DNA of 64,000 nucleotides. Origin: Gammaproteobacteria bacterium. GTDB taxonomy: Bacteria > Pseudomonadota > Gammaproteobacteria > Eutrophobiales > Eutrophobiaceae. A model generated the notes under the pieces. That model did no database searches and was not told where the DNA came from. It was given only the letters and a program-made list of their open reading frames with translations. The first letter of the stretch is position 1. Each line of letters opens with the position of its first letter. The DNA lies in assembly GCA_965238225.1 (NCBI GenBank), contig OZ250183.1, positions 576,001 through 640,000 on the forward strand, given 5' to 3'. Positions 10,793-19,915 of this stretch are shown one piece after another. The position numbers and the translations under genes are program-made.

Positions 10793-11890
10793 ATGGATAT
10801 AAAATTAAAACTAATTGAGTTTCAAAACTACTTCAGCAGTCATTCTTATGAGGTTCAGGTATTCTTGGTTGTTTTTTGTACGTTGCTTGTAGGAGTTTCG
10901 CAACAGTGGGGTTTTGCAAGATTGTTTGCAAGGTCACAAAGTAATCGTTTCTATTTGGATGATTCCTTGATTGATGCTGCACGTCGTCCATTAACCATTC
11001 TTATATGGCTTATAGGGATTAGTTTTGCGGCTGAGATTGTCAAGAATGAAACTGGCGCAGCGATATTTAGCGCGATTGATCCTATTCGTGATGTCGGTAT
11101 TATTTTTACACTTGCGTGGTTTCTGATCAGATTCATTACACGTATAGAAAAAGATTTCTACCTGAAAAAAGAAGCTATAGGTAAAGAAGTCGATCACACA
11201 ACGACAGATGCGATTGCAAAGCTATTTAGAATATCCGTCATCATTACTGGGCTTTTGATGACATTACAAACACTGGGTTACAGTATTTCAGGAGTGCTTG
11301 CCTTTGGTGGTGTCGGTGGTATCGTTATTGGTTTTGCTGCAAAAGATTTGCTGGCTAATTTCTTTGGTGGTTTAATGATATACATGGACAGACCTTTCAA
11401 CAAGGGAGACTGGATCAGATCGCCGGATAGAGAAATTGAAGGTACAGTTGAGAATATTGGTTGGCGATTGACTCGAATTCAAACTTTCGACAAACGTCCT
11501 CTGTATGTGCCGAATTCAGTTTTCACTAATATCTTAGTTGAAAATCCTTCGCGCATGACAAATCGCCGTATCAAGGAAACCATCGGCATCCGTTATGCTG
11601 ATGTAAGCAAAATGGAAGCTATTATTGTTGATGTAAAAAACATGTTACAAGAACATGAAGATATTGATACGAATCAAACCTTGATAGTAAATTTCAATGA
11701 ATTCGCATTTTCATCTTTAGATTTTTTTATCTACACATTCACTAAAACAACCAATTGGATACGGTTTCATGAGGTAAAACAGGATATATTGCTGAAAGTT
11801 ATCGGAATTATTGAATCACATGGTGCTGAATGTGCATTCCCAACATCGACGGTGCATATTGCAGACGGCATTCCAAGCAGTCAATCTTGA
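10793..11890 (+). CDS. MscS-family mechanosensitive channel (YnaI-like)
   Basis: N-terminal TM helices, GGVGGIVIGFAAKDLLANFFGG, DRPF..GDWI, GTVE.IGWR.T, VPNS.F. Confidence 0.93.
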   Translation: MDIKLKLIEFQNYFSSHSYEVQVFLVVFCTLLVGVSQQWGFARLFARSQSNRFYLDDSLIDAARRPLTILIWLIGISFAAEIVKNETGAAIFSAIDPIRDVGIIFTLAWFLIRFITRIEKDFYLKKEAIGKEVDHTTTDAIAKLFRISVIITGLLMTLQTLGYSISGVLAFGGVGGIVIGFAAKDLLANFFGGLMIYMDRPFNKGDWIRSPDREIEGTVENIGWRLTRIQTFDKRPLYVPNSVFTNILVENPSRMTNRRIKETIGIRYADVSKMEAIIVDVKNMLQEHEDIDTNQTLIVNFNEFAFSSLDFFIYTFTKTTNWIRFHEVKQDILLKVIGIIESHGAECAFPTSTVHIADGIPSSQS

Positions 11891-11963
11891 TTTCGAGCAT
11901 AGTGAGATAGATCAATGTTTATTAATATATACCCTATTTTTCAGTGAGATTTGGTTGTTGTTT

Positions 11964-12641
11964 TTACATAAAGGATTTTTGTAAATTTGCTGAACATTTT
12001 GCCTTGATCTCAGCTATAGCTCTTGAAGATTCGCTCAGTGAATATTTAAAATGTGAAGACTGTTGACCATGCCAGTGAAGTTTTAGCAAGGCGGTACTTG
12101 AAGCAGCTATTTTTGAAATTGCAGCGCCACCATCTTGGAAGTGGATAAACTTAGCACCCCAGTCTTGAGTTAAAGTTACATCTTCAACCTGATTGTTCCA
12201 TTTGATTTGAGTCTTTATTAGGTTGTAGCCATCCTCGATTTCATCTTTTGTTAGGTTTGGAGATATATTAAAGCCGAAGTAAACCCACTCGTTTTCGCTA
12301 TCGCAGCCAACACCCATATAGCTATCAACATCGTCATAAGGGAATGACATTTTCCTCAATGGGTATGCTGTTGGAGAATGTGCATACGCTGAAAACTTAT
12401 TTGTCATCTCATCTTTATGGGTTGATATAGTCCAAGATGGTCTTGGAAGTTCAATTGAACTTTTGGTATTTGTGGTTGGAGTGGGGCTTTGACCTGCTGA
12501 ATACACGATAAAGACAATAAAAAGCAAAACCAGCCAAGTGAAAAACGAAGTTTTCTTAGGGGCTTCTGCACCACACCTGGGACATGTTTTAGCTTTTGTG
12601 CTTACTGATTCGCCACACTCTTTGCATTCTACTAATGCCAT
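11964..12641 (-). CDS. Hypothetical membrane-anchored protein with N-terminal zinc ribbon; probable integron cassette ORF
   Basis: CKECG..CPRCG zinc ribbon, one TM helix (FFTWLVLLFIVFIVY), then a soluble domain. RBS AAGGGA; starts about 25 bp downstream of an attC-like site. Confidence 0.8.
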   Translation of the reverse strand: MALVECKECGESVSTKAKTCPRCGAEAPKKTSFFTWLVLLFIVFIVYSAGQSPTPTTNTKSSIELPRPSWTISTHKDEMTNKFSAYAHSPTAYPLRKMSFPYDDVDSYMGVGCDSENEWVYFGFNISPNLTKDEIEDGYNLIKTQIKWNNQVEDVTLTQDWGAKFIHFQDGGAAISKIAASSTALLKLHWHGQQSSHFKYSLSESSRAIAEIKAKCSANLQKSFM

Positions 12642-12666
12642 TTAGTTTCCCTTGAGCGAAATTTAC

Positions 12667-12736
12667 ACATAAATTCTGCCATAATCGGAGACAAAAAGCG
12701 CAGTTTTTGGCATCCGTGTTTATGGTTTTTCTAGCT
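12667..12736 (-). mobile_element. Degenerate integron attC recombination site
   Basis: Minus strand AGCTAGA AAAA CCATAAAC ACGGATGCCAAAAA CTGCGC TTTTTGTCTCCG ATTATGG CAGAA TTTATGT. Nested inverted repeats CCAT(A)AA/TTATGG with one extra base, CGGA/TCCG and CAAAAA/TTTTTG. It begins at the stop codon of the upstream ORF. The AAC and GTT cores are mutated. Confidence 0.72.
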
Positions 12737-13405
12737 ATTTTCATCTTCTATTTCATCAGTAATATATGAAACCAACATACGTCCGAGAGTAGTAATAACT
12801 ATTGTATTATTTTTGTTATTTCGTTTTTTGGTAAGTCCAAGCCTTGTAAGACTGGCCTTGTAGCTGTCTTGCAGCGCTGATTTTTCATATTCTTCCTTTG
12901 GCCGCCCCATTTCCCTGCTTACTGGCTTCAATATTTCTGGATGTTTACTTACCCACTTTGAGTGTCGCCCTTCTCCTAGAGTTGGATTTAATGAATAGTA
13001 AATTAACCATATTATTTCTGGATCAGTAAGTTCCCTATAAAGATTTAAAAGTTTTTTACTTTTTTCATATTTTATCTCATCTTCAGACAGGGAATTAGCA
13101 ACCAATTTTGCCAAACGCTCTCTTCTCTCCTCGAAGACAGCTCTTGCAGCTTGCATCATTCCTTCCTCAAATATATCCCAACCCTTTTCAGTTTTTAGAT
13201 TCTTTTCGACGATAGGTATTCTTTTTTCCATGCTTCTGATTTGCCCCTCCATACACTTGACATAGCTTACAATCCGATCACGCCTCGAATCTGGTACAAA
13301 ATTTAGCATTTCAGAGATTAATGCTCCCAGAATAGGACATGCACCAGCAATTGCTTTAGCAACACTAACAAGTTTGTCACGAGGATTTGGATCTAATTCA
13401 TGCAT
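12731..13405 (-). CDS. Hypothetical protein (possible Abi-alpha/DUF4393-like); probable integron cassette ORF
   Basis: Intact 224-aa ORF with RBS AAAGG, flanked on both sides by attC-like sites. N-terminal AKAIAGACPILGALISE helix pair and C-terminal ITTLGRMLV wing-like motif. Confidence 0.78.
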   Translation of the reverse strand: MHELDPNPRDKLVSVAKAIAGACPILGALISEMLNFVPDSRRDRIVSYVKCMEGQIRSMEKRIPIVEKNLKTEKGWDIFEEGMMQAARAVFEERRERLAKLVANSLSEDEIKYEKSKKLLNLYRELTDPEIIWLIYYSLNPTLGEGRHSKWVSKHPEILKPVSREMGRPKEEYEKSALQDSYKASLTRLGLTKKRNNKNNTIVITTLGRMLVSYITDEIEDENS

Positions 13406-13425
13406 GCATTACCTTTTCTTAGTTT

Positions 13426-13491
13426 AGTTAATGTCTGAACTAAGGGACAGTTGGAGGTGTTCGGATGCTCTACTTAAGCGCTTAATTAGGC
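13426..13491 (-). mobile_element. Degenerate integron attC recombination site
   Basis: Minus strand GCCTAAT TAAGCG CTTAAG TAGAGCATCCGAACACCTCCAACTGTCC CTTAG TTCAGAC ATTAACT (66 bp). It follows the short-attC pattern GCCTAAC..CTCAAG..CCCTTAGTTCAGACGTTA; CT(T)AAG/CTTAG pair with one extra base. It ends about 20 bp before the next ORF. Confidence 0.65.
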
Positions 13492-13667
13492 AAATTTTAT
13501 ACTCAGCTGGCAACGCATATTAGCACCTTTGTTGGTAATACATCTAGCCAAAAACTAGCCAAAAAAATAACTCTAGCGTTCTGCCTGCCAAAGCTTAACA
13601 AGCGCACGAGGTTTTTGTTTAAGACTGAGATTGCAACCGTAAAAATTCTACCTAAGTTGTGCCTTGA

Positions 13668-13691
13668 GCGCAGGGATGCTGCGCACTTTTT
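13668..13691 (+). terminator. Putative intrinsic terminator / GC hairpin
   Basis: GCGCAG-GGATG-CTGCGC followed by ACTTTTT. No intact upstream plus-strand gene is visible. Confidence 0.4.
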
Positions 13692-13823
13692 GTTATTTAG
13701 TTAAGAGAATAATCCTTATTGATTCAATAAAGTTAAATGCCTAAATATTATTGAGTGAAGCTATAAATTAATGATCATCTGGCTGGATTAGGCTTGCGCC
13801 AGGGAACGGTCTCTGTACCCTGT

Positions 13824-14660
13824 ATGTCTATGAAAATCCAGTTCACAAAGATGCACGGTCTTGGCAATGATTTTGTTGTGATAGACAGTTTCGCGCATGA
13901 GATTCAGTTGAATCCTGAGCAAGTGCGATTTATTGCAGATCGTCACTTTGGTATCGGTTGTGATCAATTATTATTACTTGCACCGTCTGACAAAGAGGGG
14001 ATAGACGTGCACTATTTGATTTATAACTCAGATGGCAGCGAGGTATCCCAGTGTGGTAATGGTGCAAGATGTGCTGCTGTTTATTTACGTGAGAATAGCT
14101 TGGTTGATGCAGACACAATCACCGCTGCAACCCGCGAAGGGGTGATTACCATGATTTTTGAAGCAGATGATCTGGTCAGAGTCAATATGGGCGTGCCCAA
14201 ATTGACGGCTGCTGATATACCAGTAGCGCCCGATGCAAACGCTAATGAGTGCCGACTAGATTTATTAGGCACAGAGATTGTATTTAGTGCGATTTCACTG
14301 GGCAATCCGCATGCTGTAATTATAGTGGATGATGTTCTATCTGCGCAGGTTTTGACTATAGGAGAGCAAATGCAACAGCAAACATTTTTCCCAGAAGGTG
14401 TGAATGTAGGGTTTATGCAGATTATAGATAGCAGTCATATCAAATTACGTGTTTATGAGCGAGGCGCAGGTGAAACATTAGCATGCGGGAGTGGTGCTTG
14501 TGCTGCAGTCGTGGCAGGATGTATCAATTCCGGTTTGGGTGAGGAAGTTGATGTAGCATTGCCAGGAGGGCATCTCTCAGTCAGATGGGCGGGGCATGGC
14601 GAACCTGTATGGATGACAGGATCTGCCACTTTTGTTTACAGGGGGCAAATATCATTATGA
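13824..14660 (+). CDS. dapF: Diaminopimelate epimerase
   Basis: FTKMHGLGNDF, CGNGARC, GNPHAV, ERGAGETLACGSGACA. Start is ATG 13824 or 13830. Confidence 0.97.
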   Translation: MSMKIQFTKMHGLGNDFVVIDSFAHEIQLNPEQVRFIADRHFGIGCDQLLLLAPSDKEGIDVHYLIYNSDGSEVSQCGNGARCAAVYLRENSLVDADTITAATREGVITMIFEADDLVRVNMGVPKLTAADIPVAPDANANECRLDLLGTEIVFSAISLGNPHAVIIVDDVLSAQVLTIGEQMQQQTFFPEGVNVGFMQIIDSSHIKLRVYERGAGETLACGSGACAAVVAGCINSGLGEEVDVALPGGHLSVRWAGHGEPVWMTGSATFVYRGQISL

Positions 14661-15472
14661 CAGTCGATAAAAACATAAGTCAGGGGCAAGACACCAAGCT
14701 GGAAAAAGAAATAAACAAGAAAGAAGATTCTGAACAAGTCACACCATTAATTTCAGCAAAAGATATTGCAGATTTTTTACGTCAGAACACAGAGTTCTTT
14801 AATGATTATCCTACGTTGCTTAGTGAATTATCATTGCCACACATAAATGGCGGATCGGTTTCCTTGATTGAGAAACAAGTTGCAGTGTTAAGAGAGCAAA
14901 ATAAGAAAACTACCAAACAATTACATGAATTAATTGAGATTGCGAACCAGAATGAAGAGCTTGCTAGAAAAATGCATCAATTAGGTTTGACGTTAATGGA
15001 TGCGACAAGCCCTGAGGATATTTTTACAACTTTGTATGATAATTTATCCAAGAACTTTCACGCAGATCGCGTTGCCGTTCGGATCTTTGGTGACCCAGCC
15101 TTTATTGATTCTTTTGCAGGCAAAGAATTTTCAGGCAAAGACACCAAGGAAATTTTATTATTTAAAACAATGATCGAAACTAGACAACCTATGTGTGGGC
15201 AGATGGAGCACCGGCAGCAGGAATTTCTATTTGGCACTGAACCTAATGAGATTGCATCGTCTGTTATAGTGCCATTACTGGGCGCAGGTTGGAGCGGGAT
15301 AATGGCTATTGGCAGTTTTAACCCAGATCGCTTTGAGCCAGGTATGGGCATGGAGTTGTTGGCAAATATGGCCGAGGTTTTTAGTTTTGTTTTAAAACCA
15401 TGGATAGTTGAGACCTACGAGCCTGCACTACAGAAAGGATGTAACGACATTGAAGAGCACAGAAATTCTTGA
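14657..15472 (+). CDS. DUF484 (YigA) family protein
   Basis: Lies between dapF and xerC; LPH..GGSVSLIEKQV..LRE and RF.PGMG..LL; ATGA overlap with the dapF stop. Confidence 0.9.
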   Translation: MTVDKNISQGQDTKLEKEINKKEDSEQVTPLISAKDIADFLRQNTEFFNDYPTLLSELSLPHINGGSVSLIEKQVAVLREQNKKTTKQLHELIEIANQNEELARKMHQLGLTLMDATSPEDIFTTLYDNLSKNFHADRVAVRIFGDPAFIDSFAGKEFSGKDTKEILLFKTMIETRQPMCGQMEHRQQEFLFGTEPNEIASSVIVPLLGAGWSGIMAIGSFNPDRFEPGMGMELLANMAEVFSFVLKPWIVETYEPALQKGCNDIEEHRNS

Positions 15473-15489
15473 TGATTGATTAGTCGCAC

Positions 15490-16386
15490 ATGAACCAGCA
15501 AGAAGCCTCAAGAACCGATCAGTTTTTGGGAACCCTGCAACATCTGTCTGAACATACCAGAAAATCTTACCAACATGATTTGAAGGTATTGCTTAAATTT
15601 ATTGACGCACAAGAGGTGTGTCAATGGAATGAATTGGATGGTCGTCAAATCCGCAGCTTTGTGGCTTGGCGATACAGGCAAGGTATCAAAGGTCGATCAT
15701 TACAACGAAATTTATCGGCAATACGCGCATTCTATCGTTATTTGATTGATGAGGGTGTGGCACAACAAAATCCTGCAGAAGGTGTGCAGCCTCCAAAATC
15801 CGCTAAAATTTTACCGAAATTGCTTGATGTGGATCAAGCTGCTCAGTTACTCGAGATAGATGATAAAGCTACATTAGCTATTCGTGATAAGGCCATCATG
15901 GAATTGATGTACTCCTCCGGTCTGCGCTTGTCTGAACTTGTTATGCTAAATATTGATAGTCTGGACATGGTCGATGCCATGGTAACGGTTGTTGGTAAAG
16001 GCAATAAAACACGTGTCGTTCCTATCGGCAAACAAGCATGCATGGCAATTAAGCAATGGTTAAAGTGTCGTGCTAAAATAGCAAATGATGAAGAGGTCTC
16101 GGTGTTTGTTAGTCAACGAGGGAAACGCATTAGTCGTCGTTCGATACAACAACGTTTGAAACAGTGGGCAATGAAGCAGGGAATCACGAATCACGTGAAT
16201 CCACATATGTTGCGACATTCGTTTGCCAGCCACTTACTCGAATCCAGCGGAGATTTACGTGCCGTTCAGGAATTGCTTGGCCATGAGGATATTAGTACGA
16301 CACAGGTGTATACACATTTGGACTTTCAGCATCTTGCCAATATTTATGATGCTGCGCACCCGCGTGCCCGCAAGAAGAAATCATAA
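15490..16386 (+). CDS. xerC: Tyrosine recombinase XerC
   Basis: ELMYSSGLRLSE, GKGNKTR, PHMLRHSFASHLLESSGDLRAVQELLGH, YTH, AHPRA; canonical dapF-yigA-xerC context. Confidence 0.96.
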   Translation: MNQQEASRTDQFLGTLQHLSEHTRKSYQHDLKVLLKFIDAQEVCQWNELDGRQIRSFVAWRYRQGIKGRSLQRNLSAIRAFYRYLIDEGVAQQNPAEGVQPPKSAKILPKLLDVDQAAQLLEIDDKATLAIRDKAIMELMYSSGLRLSELVMLNIDSLDMVDAMVTVVGKGNKTRVVPIGKQACMAIKQWLKCRAKIANDEEVSVFVSQRGKRISRRSIQQRLKQWAMKQGITNHVNPHMLRHSFASHLLESSGDLRAVQELLGHEDISTTQVYTHLDFQHLANIYDAAHPRARKKKS

Positions 16387-16563
16387 GCTTGATATTCTCC
16401 GTCTCAGGTCTGTCCCTGATCACTGCATACGAGCCATTAATTTACTGCGTGTAAAAATTTCTTTCTAGTAAACCAGACAGTCTCTAGTAAGATGCGCCTT
16501 CCAAAGTAATTTTGGTCAAATAAATTTGGCAGAGAAAATCTGTATAAAATCAGGAGAAATTAT

Positions 16564-17115
16564 TTGAAGCAATTTAAAGGCACAACGATTCTTTCAGTTC
16601 GCAGGAAAGATAGTGTGGTCATCGGTGGCGATGGGCAAGTCTCAATAGGAGATACTATTATGAAAGGTAATGCCAAGAAAGTTAAAAGATTGTATCACGA
16701 TAAGGTTATTACCGGGTTTGCAGGTGGCACGGCCGATGCATTTACCTTGTTTGAACGGTTTGAGGGGAAACTTGAAAAACATCAGGGTCATCTATTGAAA
16801 TCTGCTGTTGAGCTCGCCAAGGATTGGCGTACAGATAAAATGTTACGCAATCTAGAAGCTATGCTTTGTGTAGCTGATAAAAATATTTCTTTGGTTATTT
16901 CTGGAAATGGTGATGTTATTGAACCAGAAGACAATATCATGGCGATAGGTTCCGGTGGAGCTTATGCCAAAGCGGCGGCTTATGCCTTAATGAGTAATAC
17001 TAAAATAGGTGCACGGGATATTGTTGTTAAGGGGCTAAATATTGCAGCCGACATTTGTATTTATACGAACCACACACAAACTATAGAAGAACTTTCAGTG
17101 AAAGATTCTAAATAG
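16564..17115 (+). CDS. hslV: ATP-dependent protease, peptidase subunit
   Basis: [34 protein letters not shown] start with AGGAG RBS. Confidence 0.97.
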   Translation: MKQFKGTTILSVRRKDSVVIGGDGQVSIGDTIMKGNAKKVKRLYHDKVITGFAGGTADAFTLFERFEGKLEKHQGHLLKSAVELAKDWRTDKMLRNLEAMLCVADKNISLVISGNGDVIEPEDNIMAIGSGGAYAKAAAYALMSNTKIGARDIVVKGLNIAADICIYTNHTQTIEELSVKDSK

Positions 17116-17157
17116 AGAAGCCAAAATAAAAAAGCTAAAGGATTTATAAAAATCAAT

Positions 17158-18498
17158 ATGAGTGGATTAACACCAAAAGAGATAGTTTGCGAATTAAATA
17201 AACATATAGTCGGGCAAGACGATGCCAAACGCGCAGTCGCTATTGCATTGCGTAACCGCTGGCGGCGGATGCAGGTAGATGAAGAGTTGCGCAATGAAAT
17301 TACTCCGAAAAATATTCTAATGATTGGACCAACGGGTGTAGGGAAAACAGAGATCGCAAGAAGACTTGCAAAATTGGTCGATGCCCCATTTATTAAGATT
17401 GAAGCAACTAAATTTACAGAAGTTGGCTATGTGGGCAGGGATGTCGAATCAATCATTCGTGATTTGACTGACATCTCAGTGAAAATAACCAGAGAAAATG
17501 ATCTGGAAAAAGTCAAGAGACAGGCAGAGCATGCGGCAGAAAACAGAATTCTGGATATTCTTTTGCCAGCACCACGCAGGTTTGCTAATGAACCTTCAGG
17601 TGAGGAAGAAGCTCCGACTGATAATGCAACAAGAGAAAAATTCCGCGTCAAGTTGCGCGAGGGCAAGCTTGATGACAAGCTTATTGAAGTGGAACTTAAT
17701 GCGCCCTCTGTTGGTGTTGAGATCATGGCTCCTCCTGGTATGGAAGAAATGACTAGCCAATTACAAGGTATGTTTCAGAGTATGTCTGGAGGTAAAAAGA
17801 ACGTACGTGAATTACGTGTCAAGGATGCATTAAAATTTCTTAACGAAGAAGAAGCCAACAGACTGGTTAATGATGATGAAATCAAGGCTGTTTCAATCGA
17901 AAATGTCGAGCAAAATGGAATCGTTTTTTTGGATGAAATTGACAAGGTTACACGCCGTTCTGAATCAAGTGCCCCAGATATTTCTCGCGAAGGTGTTCAG
18001 CGTGATTTATTACCGTTGGTCGAAGGTAGTACGGTATCTACCAAATACGGTATGGTAAAAACAGATCATATTCTTTTTATTGCTTCAGGTGCTTTTCATT
18101 TGGCTAAGCCATCAGATTTAATTCCTGAATTACAAGGACGTTTACCTATCAGGGTAGAGTTAAGTGCGCTCGGTACTGAAGATTTTATACGTATATTGAC
18201 TGAGCCAGATGCGTCACTAACAGAACAATATGCAGCACTAATGAAAGCAGAAGGAGTGAATCTTTCGTTCTCACAAGAGGGAATTAAAAGAGTTGCTGAG
18301 ATTGCTTGGCAGGTCAACGAGACAACCGAAAATATTGGCGCAAGGCGGTTGCATACTGTCATGGAAAGGTTACTTGAAGCATTATCTTACCAAGCATCTG
18401 ATCTAAAAGGAGACACCATTGTGGTAGATGCAGATTATGTCAATGATCACTTGGAAAAGTTGGTTCACGATGAAGATCTATCAAGATATATACTGTGA
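17158..18498 (+). CDS. hslU: ATP-dependent protease, ATPase subunit
   Basis: [48 protein letters not shown]. Confidence 0.98.
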   Translation: MSGLTPKEIVCELNKHIVGQDDAKRAVAIALRNRWRRMQVDEELRNEITPKNILMIGPTGVGKTEIARRLAKLVDAPFIKIEATKFTEVGYVGRDVESIIRDLTDISVKITRENDLEKVKRQAEHAAENRILDILLPAPRRFANEPSGEEEAPTDNATREKFRVKLREGKLDDKLIEVELNAPSVGVEIMAPPGMEEMTSQLQGMFQSMSGGKKNVRELRVKDALKFLNEEEANRLVNDDEIKAVSIENVEQNGIVFLDEIDKVTRRSESSAPDISREGVQRDLLPLVEGSTVSTKYGMVKTDHILFIASGAFHLAKPSDLIPELQGRLPIRVELSALGTEDFIRILTEPDASLTEQYAALMKAEGVNLSFSQEGIKRVAEIAWQVNETTENIGARRLHTVMERLLEALSYQASDLKGDTIVVDADYVNDHLEKLVHDEDLSRYIL

Positions 18499-18869
18499 TG
18501 AAAAAGGAATCACCGCAGCCAGAGTCAATCAACCTTCATCAAAAATCTAGAATCCTTGAGATTAATTTCAGTGATGGTAAGTGCTCTGAACTATCTTGTG
18601 AATTACTCAGGGTTTATTCACCTTCAGCAGAAGTAAAAGGTCATGGCCCGGGGCAATCTGTGCTACAAAAAGGCAAGGAAAATGTTTCTATCACAAAGAT
18701 TGAACCTGTTGGTCGTTATGCTGTGAAATTGATTTTCGACGATGGGCATGAGACTGGCTTGTATTCGTGGGGCTATCTTTATGAGCTTGATGAGAACAAG
18801 GACAAACTGTGGAAAGACTATTTACAGAGCCTTAGTGATGCAGGGTACGAGCGACAGGACACATCTTAA
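18498..18869 (+). CDS. DUF971 / gamma-butyrobetaine hydroxylase-like N-terminal domain protein
   Basis: LRVYSPSAEVKGHGPGQ and FDDGHETGLYSW; usual gene after hslU. Confidence 0.92.
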   Translation: MKKESPQPESINLHQKSRILEINFSDGKCSELSCELLRVYSPSAEVKGHGPGQSVLQKGKENVSITKIEPVGRYAVKLIFDDGHETGLYSWGYLYELDENKDKLWKDYLQSLSDAGYERQDTS

Positions 18870-18969
18870 GAATGTTCTCTATAACTATTTTTTTTATACA
18901 GTACATTATAGGCTTGTTTTTATAAAGTACACTATAGACTTGGATGAAAATGATAATAAAATGCTAGAT

Positions 18970-19096
18970 TAAAGCATGGATACATTAGAGGAAATTATAG
19001 AAGGAAAGTTGCAAAGGTTAGGGCGTGCCATTTTATAATGAAGCAGAAATCAAAGCTCAGTTTGAGAAAGCATTTGGCAGTCTAATTTCAAATTAA
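18970..19096 (+). pseudogene. Possible phasin (PhaF/PhaI-like) remnant
   Basis: With two 1-nt frameshifts it reads W/DTLEEIIEGKLQRLG/VPFYNE, resembling the phasin motif WDKLE..FE.R...RLGVPSR.E. Phasin genes lie between DUF971 and ubiE in Pseudomonas. Confidence 0.4.
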
Positions 19097-19160
19097 AAGA
19101 CACTAATATTACTTTTTATTTTAGTAATATTTATTGAATTTTTTATTTATTAGATTATTA

Positions 19161-19907
19161 ATGAACAATAAAATAACAGACTTTGGCTACAAAAAAGTTG
19201 CCACAGAAGATAAGGCAAGTCTTGTCTCCAAGATATTTTATTCTGTCGCTGGTAATTATGATTTAATGAATGACTTGATGTCGTTTGGTATGCACAGGCT
19301 CTGGAAGAGATATGCTATAAATCTATCGGGTACCAAAAAAGGGCAGTCAGTGTTGGATGTTGCTTGCGGCACAGGTGACCTGTCAAAACTATTTCATCAG
19401 CGTGTAGGCAAAGATGGAACCGTATTGATGGTTGATATAAATAGTGCCATGTTGCATGAAGGTCGAGACAGATTAATTGATGCAGGCATTATCTCCGGGA
19501 TTGAATATGTTCAAGCAAATGCAGAAATACTTCCATTTGCAGATAATAGTTTTGATTGTGTCAATGTTGCTTTTGGGTTGCGTAATATGACTGATAAGCA
19601 GAAGGCGATTAATTCCATGTTTGCGAAATTACGTTATGGTGGTTGTCTAATCATTCTGGAATTTTCTAAAGTAGATCAAGCGAAATTGGCAAGCATCTAT
19701 GATGCTTATTCATTTAATATAATTCCTAAGATTGGAAAATTTATAGCAAAGGATGAGGCCAGTTATAAATATCTGGTTGAGTCAATTCGCATGCATCCCG
19801 ATCAGGAAACATTGAAAACTATGATTGAGTCAGCAGGATTTGCCAAGGTTGAATATTTCAATCTGATGGGCGGTATTGTTGCGATACACAGGGCTTATAA
19901 GCTTTGA
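19161..19907 (+). CDS. ubiE: Ubiquinone/menaquinone biosynthesis C-methyltransferase
   Basis: YDLMNDLMSFGMHRLWK, LDVACGTGD, AFGLRN, YLVESIRMHPDQE. Confidence 0.96.
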   Translation: MNNKITDFGYKKVATEDKASLVSKIFYSVAGNYDLMNDLMSFGMHRLWKRYAINLSGTKKGQSVLDVACGTGDLSKLFHQRVGKDGTVLMVDINSAMLHEGRDRLIDAGIISGIEYVQANAEILPFADNSFDCVNVAFGLRNMTDKQKAINSMFAKLRYGGCLIILEFSKVDQAKLASIYDAYSFNIIPKIGKFIAKDEASYKYLVESIRMHPDQETLKTMIESAGFAKVEYFNLMGGIVAIHRAYKL

Positions 19908-19915
19908 GTAAAAAT

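Noticed and set aside
11891-11963. Third attC downstream of the zinc-ribbon ORF
   Set aside because: No recognisable inverted repeat or TAAC/GTT boxes; the site is absent or fully eroded.
13593-13697. Long attC (AATAAC...GTTAAGC on the minus strand)
   Set aside because: The ends fit, but the inner boxes do not pair convincingly; better explained by the local hairpin.
15490-16386. Tyrosine recombinase near the cassette array as the integron integrase
   Set aside because: It has XerC signatures (ESSGDLRAVQELLGH, AHPRA), no sign of the IntI-specific insertion, and sits in the canonical dapF-yigA-xerC operon.
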